A DNA stretch of 14,017 bases from Nitrospirota bacterium (GTDB taxonomy: Bacteria > Nitrospirota > UBA9217): contig DASPSR010000003.1 in NCBI GenBank assembly GCA_035623825.1, forward strand, positions 1 to 14,017, written 5' to 3'. The notes under the pieces were generated by a model, which saw only the letters and a program-made list of their open reading frames with translations, was not told where the DNA came from and searched no databases. The translations under genes and the position numbers were made by a program. Of this stretch, positions 8,181 to 14,017 are shown piece by piece (the first letter of the stretch is position 1; every line of letters starts with the position of its first letter).

Positions 8181-8543
8181 GTGGCACACAGCAAAGTAAA
8201 AGCCAGACAGAGAAGGCATGAACGAATACGCAGAAAGGTATTCGGCACGCCGACGAAACCGAGGTTGAGCGTTTTCAGGAGCCTGAGCCATATCTACGCC
8301 CAGCTTATCGATGATGCGAACGGCAAGACCATCATTGCCGCATCTTCGGCTGAGAAGGACGTTCACGCCGGTCTGAAGCACTGCGGGAACGTGGCCGCAG
8401 CCAAGAAGGTGGGCGCAAACATCGCGGAGCGGGCACTGGGCAAGAATATCAAAGACGTGGTGTTTGACCGCGGCGGATACCAGTATCACGGCTGTGTCAA
8501 GGCGCTTGCGGACGCGGCACGCGAAAAGGGTCTGAATTTTTAG
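8181..8543 (+). CDS. rplR: 50S ribosomal protein uL18
   Basis: [13 protein letters not shown]...[19 protein letters not shown]...[27 protein letters not shown]; GTG 8181 fits GGAG at 8170-8173 (alternative GTG 8175). Confidence 0.95.
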   Translation: MAHSKVKARQRRHERIRRKVFGTPTKPRLSVFRSLSHIYAQLIDDANGKTIIAASSAEKDVHAGLKHCGNVAAAKKVGANIAERALGKNIKDVVFDRGGYQYHGCVKALADAAREKGLNF

Positions 8544-8569
8544 TCACGGCATTTATTTCGGAGGCGGCA

Positions 8570-9079
8570 TTGGCAGAGAGATATCAGAAAGATGCAGAAG
8601 AGGGCGACGGCCTGAAAGATAAACTGGTCTACTTGAACCGTGTAGCTAAGGTGGTCAAGGGGGGGAAACGGTTTAACTTCAGCGCCCTCGTCGTCGTGGG
8701 CGACGGCAAAGGAAAAGTCGGCGTAGGGAAGGGCAAGGCGGCAGAGGCGCCGGTAGCCATCAAGAAGGCGGTAGAACGGGCCAAGAAGAGCATGTTTCAG
8801 ATATCGCTGAAGGGCGACACAATCCCCCATGAAATCCTCGGCCGTTACGGCGCGGGCAAGGTGTTGCTGAAGCCGGCATCAGAGGGTACGGGATTGATCG
8901 CGGGCGGAGCGAGCAGGTCGGTGCTCGAAGTTGCCGGCATCAGAAACGTTCTCTGTAAATCCCTGGGTTCCAGCAATCCGCATAACGTCGTCAGTGCCAC
9001 GATTAATGGATTGACCAGACTGAAGAGCAAAGAACAGGTGGCTGCGCTCCGGGGCAGACCCGTAGAGGAGCTTGGATAA
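8570..9079 (+). CDS. rpsE: 30S ribosomal protein uS5
   Basis: [23 protein letters not shown]...[14 protein letters not shown]...[12 protein letters not shown]; TTG start 5 nt after GGAGG (8560-8564). Confidence 0.97.
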   Translation: MAERYQKDAEEGDGLKDKLVYLNRVAKVVKGGKRFNFSALVVVGDGKGKVGVGKGKAAEAPVAIKKAVERAKKSMFQISLKGDTIPHEILGRYGAGKVLLKPASEGTGLIAGGASRSVLEVAGIRNVLCKSLGSSNPHNVVSATINGLTRLKSKEQVAALRGRPVEELG

Positions 9080-9081
9080 GC

Positions 9082-9276
9082 ATGGCGAAATCCGATCCGA
9101 AAAAAATCAAAATTACCTTAGTGAAAAGCGCCATCGCTCGCCCGGGGAAACATAAAACTGTTCTGGTCGGACTAGGCCTCAGGAAGCTGAACCATTCCGT
9201 CGTGCGTGTCGATACGCCGCAGATCCGCGGGATGGTCAATAAAGTTTCTCACCTGGTCAGGGTAGAGGAAGCGTGA
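9082..9276 (+). CDS. rpmD: 50S ribosomal protein uL30
   Basis: [10 protein letters not shown]...[33 protein letters not shown]. Confidence 0.97.
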   Translation: MAKSDPKKIKITLVKSAIARPGKHKTVLVGLGLRKLNHSVVRVDTPQIRGMVNKVSHLVRVEEA

Positions 9277-9301
9277 CTTTTATAATGTGGCATCTTAAAA
9301 T
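9273..9301 (+). promoter_or_regulatory. Candidate internal sigma70-type promoter upstream of rplO-secY
   Basis: GTGACT (9273-9278, 4/6 to TTGACA), 17 nt, TAAAAT (9296-9301, 5/6 to TATAAT) in an AT-rich spacer; a perfect TATAAT also lies at 9281-9286. Motif match only. Confidence 0.35.
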
Positions 9302-9331
9302 AATGAATGAGTATACGGTTGCGAGTCAATT

Positions 9332-9772
9332 ATGAGATTAGAAGAACTGAAGCCTGCAAAAGGCGCAACAAAAAAAGCAAAAAGGGTGGGACGAGGGGTT
9401 GGTTCAGGCCACGGCAAGACCTCGACTAAGGGACACAAGGGCCAGAAGGCGCGTTCGGGCGGCGTAAAGCCCGCTGGTTTTGAAGGCGGACAGATGCCTC
9501 TCCAGCGCAGGATCCCGAAGAGAGGCTTTACGAACAAATTCCGCAAGGAATATGCCGTCGTGAACCTCCGCGATCTTGAAAAGATGGCAGGTCCCGATCC
9601 TATTACCCCCGAGGCGCTCAAGCAGAACGGGCTGATCAAGGATATGAAGGCGGGGGTAAAGGTGCTTGGAATGGGTGAGCTCAAGACCAAGCTCACTGTG
9701 CGCGCGCATAAGTTCAGCAAAAGCGCTCTCGATAAAATACAGGCCGCAGGCGGGAAGGTCGAGGTGATCTAG
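9332..9772 (+). CDS. rplO: 50S ribosomal protein uL15
   Basis: [26 protein letters not shown]...[18 protein letters not shown]...VKVLGMGEL...KIQAAGG. Confidence 0.99.
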   Translation: MRLEELKPAKGATKKAKRVGRGVGSGHGKTSTKGHKGQKARSGGVKPAGFEGGQMPLQRRIPKRGFTNKFRKEYAVVNLRDLEKMAGPDPITPEALKQNGLIKDMKAGVKVLGMGELKTKLTVRAHKFSKSALDKIQAAGGKVEVI

Positions 9773-9775
9773 CTC

Positions 9776-11074
9776 GTGTTCGCCGGCTTGCAGAACATAT
9801 TCAATATCCCTGAGCTCAGGAAGCGCATATTATTCACTCTCATGATGCTCGGGGTCTATCGTGTTGGCGCACATGTCCCGACGCCGGGGGTTAAGGGAGA
9901 AGCACTGAGCCAGTACCTCCATCAAGCTGCTTCCGGCCTGATGGGCTTTTTTGACATGTTTTCGGGCGGCGCACTATCCCGGGTCACGATATTCGCGCTC
10001 GGTATCATGCCGTATATCACCGCCTCAATCGTTCTCCAGCTTCTTACCGTCGTTATCCCGCGACTTCAGGCGCTGGCAAAAGAGGGCGAGGCGGGCCGTA
10101 AAAAGATCACTGAATATACCCGGTACGGCACGGTGCTGATCTCGGCCTTTCAGTCTTTTTGGATGGCGGTCGGCATCGAGAAAATGGGTAACGGAGCATT
10201 CGTGGAATCAACGGGGTGGTCGTTCCGACTCCTCACGATGATCACGCTTACCGCAGGGACCACCTTCATCATGTGGCTTGGCGAGCAGATCACCGAACGC
10301 GGAATTGGCAACGGGATCTCCCTGATCATTTTTGCGGGCATTGTGGCCAGATTCCCCAACGCAGTCGGCAACACCATCGGGCTCGTGAGATCCGGCGAAA
10401 TCCCGTATTTCATGATCTTCATTATCATCGCGTTGATTATTTCGGTAGTGGCCGCCATAATTGTTATGGAACGTGGACAGAGGAAGATAGCGGTCCAGTA
10501 TGCCCAGCGGATGGTCGGAAGGAAGATCTACAAGGGGCAGAGCACACATCTGCCGCTCAAGATCAATTCCTCAGGGGTGATTCCTCCCATTTTTGCGTCC
10601 TCGATTCTGTTGTTCCCGGCGACGATCGCGGGCTTCGCACAGGTAGGTTGGATTCAATCGATTGCACAGCAGCTTTCCCCGGGAAAGCCGCTCTATACGA
10701 CCGTCTATGTTTTGATGATCATATTCTTTTCATACTTCTATACGGCGATCGTATTCAACCCGGTAGATATAGCCGATAATCTAAAAAAATATGGCGGATT
10801 CATCCCGGGCATCAGGCCGGGGAAGAAAACATCGGACTACCTGTACCGCGTGCTCACTCGCATTACGCTCGGTGGCGCGTTGTATCTGTCCGCGGTCTGC
10901 GTTCTCCCGGATATATTTTATAAAGGATTTAACGTACCGTTTTATTTTGGCGGGACATCGCTGCTGATTGTGATAGGGGTCGCGCTCGATACCGTATCGC
11001 AGATCGAGTCGCATCTGATTCAGAGACACTATGGAGGTTTCCTGAAGGGCGTTTCGATCAAAGGCAGACGATAA
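9776..11074 (+). CDS. secY: Preprotein translocase subunit SecY
   Basis: IPELRKRILFTL...IFALGIMPYITASIVLQLL...WLGEQITERGIGNGISLIIF...LPLKINSSGVIPPIFASS...GGFIPGIRPG...FGGTSLLIVIGVALD; many hydrophobic segments; GTG start with GAGGTGAT (9761-9768) inside the rplO 3' end. Confidence 0.99.
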   Translation: MFAGLQNIFNIPELRKRILFTLMMLGVYRVGAHVPTPGVKGEALSQYLHQAASGLMGFFDMFSGGALSRVTIFALGIMPYITASIVLQLLTVVIPRLQALAKEGEAGRKKITEYTRYGTVLISAFQSFWMAVGIEKMGNGAFVESTGWSFRLLTMITLTAGTTFIMWLGEQITERGIGNGISLIIFAGIVARFPNAVGNTIGLVRSGEIPYFMIFIIIALIISVVAAIIVMERGQRKIAVQYAQRMVGRKIYKGQSTHLPLKINSSGVIPPIFASSILLFPATIAGFAQVGWIQSIAQQLSPGKPLYTTVYVLMIIFFSYFYTAIVFNPVDIADNLKKYGGFIPGIRPGKKTSDYLYRVLTRITLGGALYLSAVCVLPDIFYKGFNVPFYFGGTSLLIVIGVALDTVSQIESHLIQRHYGGFLKGVSIKGRR

Positions 11075-11091
11075 CAGGACCAGGGTGGGGA

Positions 11092-11841
11092 ATGGTTATT
11101 CTCAAGTCCCTTCAGGAGATTGAAAAGATACGGGCCGCCTGTCTTGTTGTTGCAGACGTTCTTGAAGGCATACGGGAGCTTGTACGGCCCGGTGTGAACA
11201 CCCAAGCGCTGGATGAGTTCGCTGAACGCTCAATTGTGAAGGCCGGGGCACGACCGGCATTTAAGGGTTACCGCGGTTATCCAAAGACGCTCTGTACTTC
11301 GGTGAACAGCCAGGTCGTGCATGGGATACCCTCCAGGGAGGTCATTCTCAGGCCTGGTGATATTATCAGCATAGATGTAGGCGCAATTGTTGACGGCTTC
11401 TACGGGGACGCAGCTGTCACGCTTCCCGTCGGCGAGGTCTCACCTGAGGCGGGACTACTGATCAAGGTGACAGAGGAATCCCTCTCGAGGGCGATTGCAG
11501 AGGCAAAGGCAGGGAACAGGCTTTACGATATTTCACATGCTGTGCAGAGTTACGTGGAATCCCACGGCTATTCCGTGGTCCGCGAGTTTGTCGGCCATGG
11601 CATTGGAAGTAGCCTGCATGAAGAGCCGCAGATACCGAACTTCGGTGAACGGGGTCAGGGTCTCAGAATAAGACCAGGTATGGTGTTCGCAATCGAACCG
11701 ATGGTGAACATCGGCGGCAGCGCAACGGTGGTCAAGGAAGACAGCTGGACGGCCGTTACGGCAGACGGGAGCCTTTCTGCTCATTTTGAGCATACCGTGG
11801 CTGTGTTGCCCGATGGGCCGTGGATCCTTTCGAGAAGATAA
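11092..11841 (+). CDS. map: Methionine aminopeptidase, type I
   Basis: CTSVNSQVVHGIP, DIISIDVG...GFYGDAA, GHGIG..LHEEP, FAIEPMVN, SAHFEHTV: metal ligands D,D,H,E,E of M24A peptidases. Confidence 0.98.
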   Translation: MVILKSLQEIEKIRAACLVVADVLEGIRELVRPGVNTQALDEFAERSIVKAGARPAFKGYRGYPKTLCTSVNSQVVHGIPSREVILRPGDIISIDVGAIVDGFYGDAAVTLPVGEVSPEAGLLIKVTEESLSRAIAEAKAGNRLYDISHAVQSYVESHGYSVVREFVGHGIGSSLHEEPQIPNFGERGQGLRIRPGMVFAIEPMVNIGGSATVVKEDSWTAVTADGSLSAHFEHTVAVLPDGPWILSRR

Positions 11842-11895
11842 GTGTTTTCGGTATGCGTGTCTTGCCGAAAGGCAGAATGAGATGAAAGTCAGGAT

Positions 11896-12114
11896 ATGGC
11901 GAAAGAAGATTCCATAGAAGTACAGGGTACGGTCCTGGAAACGCTCCCCAACGCCATGTTTCGTGTTGAGATAGAGAACGGACATAAGATACTGGCTCAC
12001 ATATCCGGGAAGATGCGTATGCATTTCATAAAGATACTCCCAGGAGACAAGGTAACCGTGGAACTGAGTCCCTATGATCTGACGAGAGGCAGAATCACCT
12101 ACCGGTTCAAGTAG
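11896..12114 (+). CDS. infA: Translation initiation factor IF-1
   Basis: [24 protein letters not shown]...[37 protein letters not shown], 72 aa. Confidence 0.99.
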   Translation: MAKEDSIEVQGTVLETLPNAMFRVEIENGHKILAHISGKMRMHFIKILPGDKVTVELSPYDLTRGRITYRFK

Positions 12115-12174
12115 CAGCGCAATCCTCTGGGTATCGTGGAAGAATAGATTGCACGGAGAACGGAAGAAAGACCT

Positions 12175-12288
12175 ATGAAAGTTCGCTCATCTGTACGGAA
12201 AATATGTCCCAAATGTTCCATAATCCGCCGTAAAGGGATAGTACGCGTGATTTGCGAGAATGCACGTCATAAACAGCGTCAGGGATAA
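12175..12288 (+). CDS. rpmJ: 50S ribosomal protein bL36 (zinc-ribbon form)
   Basis: Translated by hand (below ORF-track cutoff): [37 protein letters not shown], 37 aa with CxxC...C...H. Confidence 0.98.
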   Translation: MKVRSSVRKICPKCSIIRRKGIVRVICENARHKQRQG

Positions 12289-12375
12289 GTTGTGTCGTGT
12301 GCTCATCGTTCATTGATGCAAACCCGCATACCATAAACGACGGGCCGAGAGCTATGAGCTTTATGAGGAGGAAAT

Positions 12376-12768
12376 GTGGCGCGAATTGCCGGTGTTGATC
12401 TGCCAAAGGACAAAAAAATAGAGATCGGGCTCACCTACATTTACGGGATAGGGCCGACTTCTGCGAAGACGATTTTAACGGAAGCAGGGGTCGATCCCAA
12501 TACCAAGAGCGGGAACCTGACGGAATCCGATATCGTCAAGATCCGCACCATTATCGATCGCGACTATACTGTTGAAGGAGATCTCCGCAGAGACGTGACG
12601 ATGCACATCAAGCGGTTGATGGACATCGGCAGCTATCGCGGGCTCCGTCATAGGAAGGGATTGCCGGCACGCGGACAGCGTACGAGGACGAACGCAAGGA
12701 CGAGAAAAGGACCGAAGAAGTCTGCGATGTCAGGCAGAGGCAAGAAAAAAGGCCTGGCAAAGAAGTAG
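12376..12768 (+). CDS. rpsM: 30S ribosomal protein uS13
   Basis: ARIAGVDLP...LTYIYGIG...VEGDLRR...[35 protein letters not shown]; GTG start after GAGGAGG. Confidence 0.98.
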   Translation: MARIAGVDLPKDKKIEIGLTYIYGIGPTSAKTILTEAGVDPNTKSGNLTESDIVKIRTIIDRDYTVEGDLRRDVTMHIKRLMDIGSYRGLRHRKGLPARGQRTRTNARTRKGPKKSAMSGRGKKKGLAKK

Positions 12769-12771
12769 GCA

Positions 12772-12796
12772 GCGAACGGACCCGCGGACCGTTCGC
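12772..12796. other. GC-rich stem-loop in the rpsM-rpsK spacer (no U-tract)
   Basis: Perfect 8-bp inverted repeat GCGAACGG (12772-12779) / CCGTTCGC (12789-12796) with 9-nt loop. Confidence 0.7.
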
Positions 12797-12838
12797 GGAA
12801 GCTCCTGAAGTCGCTTTAGCATATAATGAGGAGGAAAG

Positions 12839-13213
12839 ATGGCCAAGAAGGGGAAAGAAAAAAAGAATGTGGCCAACGGCATTGCGCATATTCATGCGTC
12901 GTTCAACAATACGATCGTGACCATCACTGATGCGGCGGGAAACGTGATCACTTGGTCAAGCGCCGGCAACAAGGGATTCAAGGGATCAAGAAAGAGCACG
13001 CCCTTTGCCTCTCAGCTGGCAGCGGAATCGGCTGCGAAGAAGGCCATGGAGCACGGCATGAAGCAGGTTGAGGTATATGTCAAGGGCCCGGGTACGGGCC
13101 GGGAGTCGGCCATCAGGTCGATTCAGGCCGCCGGCCTTGAAATTGTTGCAATCAAGGATGTAACACCCATCCCGCATAACGGATGCAGGCCGCCGAAGCG
13201 GAGAAGGGTTTAG
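12839..13213 (+). CDS. rpsK: 30S ribosomal protein uS11
   Basis: [16 protein letters not shown]...[12 protein letters not shown]...[13 protein letters not shown]...[18 protein letters not shown]. Confidence 0.99.
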   Translation: MAKKGKEKKNVANGIAHIHASFNNTIVTITDAAGNVITWSSAGNKGFKGSRKSTPFASQLAAESAAKKAMEHGMKQVEVYVKGPGTGRESAIRSIQAAGLEIVAIKDVTPIPHNGCRPPKRRRV

Positions 13214-13240
13214 GAACACGGCCGTCACAGGAGGAATCAC

Positions 13241-13870
13241 TTGGCAAGGTATATAGGATCAGTCTGCAAGCTCTGCAGGAGAGAGGGCATCAAACTCTTT
13301 CTGAAAGCCGAGCGCTGCTATACGGATAAATGCGGAATTACCAGGAGGAGCTATCCGCCGGGGCAACATGGCCAGGCGAGGATCAAGCAATCTGAGTACA
13401 GCGTTCAGCTCAGGGAAAAGCAGAAGATCCGGCGCGTCTACGGCGTGCTCGAGCGCCAGTTCCGCGGCTATTTCGAGAAGGCCGAGAGGATGAAAGGCAT
13501 TACCGGCGACAACCTTCTCCAGCTCCTTGAGAGAAGGCTTGATAACGTCATTCAGCGCATGGGTTTTGCCGGGTCCAAGAAGGAAGCGCGGCAATTGGTG
13601 CGCCACGGTCATATGCTCGTGAACGGAAAGAAAGTGAACATCCCGTCATACCTGCTGAAAGCGGGAGATGTGGTGGAGCTGCGTGAAAAGAGCAGAAGCA
13701 TCGCCCAGATCCAACAGACCCTTGCGGCGGTGGAGAAACGCGGATTCCCCTCATGGCTGGAGATCGACAAGGCACAGTTCAAAGGTAAGGTTCTCGGTTT
13801 GCCTGCGAGGGATGAGTGCACATTGCCTACCGTGAAAGAGCAGCTCGTTGTCGAATTGTATTCAAAGTGA
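13241..13870 (+). CDS. rpsD: 30S ribosomal protein uS4 (Cys-rich form)
   Basis: [23 protein letters not shown]...KC...PPGQHG...QLREKQK...LLERRLDN...ARQLVRHGH...VVELYSK; TTG start after AGGAGG. Confidence 0.98.
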   Translation: MARYIGSVCKLCRREGIKLFLKAERCYTDKCGITRRSYPPGQHGQARIKQSEYSVQLREKQKIRRVYGVLERQFRGYFEKAERMKGITGDNLLQLLERRLDNVIQRMGFAGSKKEARQLVRHGHMLVNGKKVNIPSYLLKAGDVVELREKSRSIAQIQQTLAAVEKRGFPSWLEIDKAQFKGKVLGLPARDECTLPTVKEQLVVELYSK

Positions 13871-13994
13871 CCTGAGAACAGCGTGGTCCGCAACATACAT
13901 GTGCTGCGCAGTGGTCAGCATTTCATAATGGCCGCACCCGATTCGTGGTGTGCGCGGTCAGATAAAAAGATATTCACTCCGTTATGGAGGATAC

Positions 13995-14017
13995 ATGCTT
14001 AAAAAAGCGAAAGACTT
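13995..14017 (+). CDS. rpoA: Probable 5' start of RNA polymerase alpha subunit (truncated by window edge)
   Basis: GGAGG (13986-13990) then ATG 13995, reading MLKKAKD...; identity inferred only from the conserved rpsM-rpsK-rpsD-rpoA order, as 7 codons are not diagnostic. Confidence 0.7.

Noticed and set aside
10216-10779. 187-aa alternative-frame + strand ORF inside secY (also 3197-3622, 4402-4746)
   Set aside because: Overlaps established genes out of frame, with composition typical of frame-shifted reading and no homology signal I can recognise.
12119-12152. GCAATC/GATTGC inverted repeat in the infA-rpmJ spacer
   Set aside because: Only 6 bp with a large loop and no U-tract; too weak to call a terminator or RNA element.
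12822-12827. Perfect TATAAT upstream of rpsK
   Set aside because: No -35 match at 17 nt, and transcription would start within or after the SD; more likely part of an AU-rich initiation region.
1-14017. Novel multi-gene system, mobile element, CRISPR array, tRNA/rRNA or intron
   Set aside because: All coding space is explained by intact canonical genes, and spacers are at most 124 nt with no repeat-spacer arrays, terminal inverted repeats, cloverleaf folds or interrupted frames.

Overview
This window is the core bacterial ribosomal-protein supercluster (end of str operon + S10 + spc + alpha), entirely on the + strand: 3' end of tuf, rpsJ-rplC-rplD-rplW-rplB-rpsS-rplV-rpsC-rplP-rpmC-rpsQ, rplN-rplX-rplE-rpsN(Z)-rpsH-rplF-rplR-rpsE-rpmD-rplO-secY-map-infA-rpmJ, rpsM-rpsK-rpsD and the first codons of a probable rpoA. 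Protein style is compatible with a Nitrospirota/Desulfobacterota-like organism (impression only, not tested). It is housekeeping DNA. I see no mobile element, CRISPR, RNA gene or accessory system, and I did not find a new multi-gene system. Points worth a second look are local: a 66-aa Lys/Ala-rich N-terminal extension on uL5, unusual Cys/Trp substitutions in uL18 and uL2, a full set of Cys-rich (Zn-type) r-proteins, no adk between secY and map, a candidate internal promoter before rplO-secY, and several spacers that can fold into mutually exclusive hairpins (before rplR, infA, rpsM, rpoA) and may be lineage-specific autoregulatory RNA elements.
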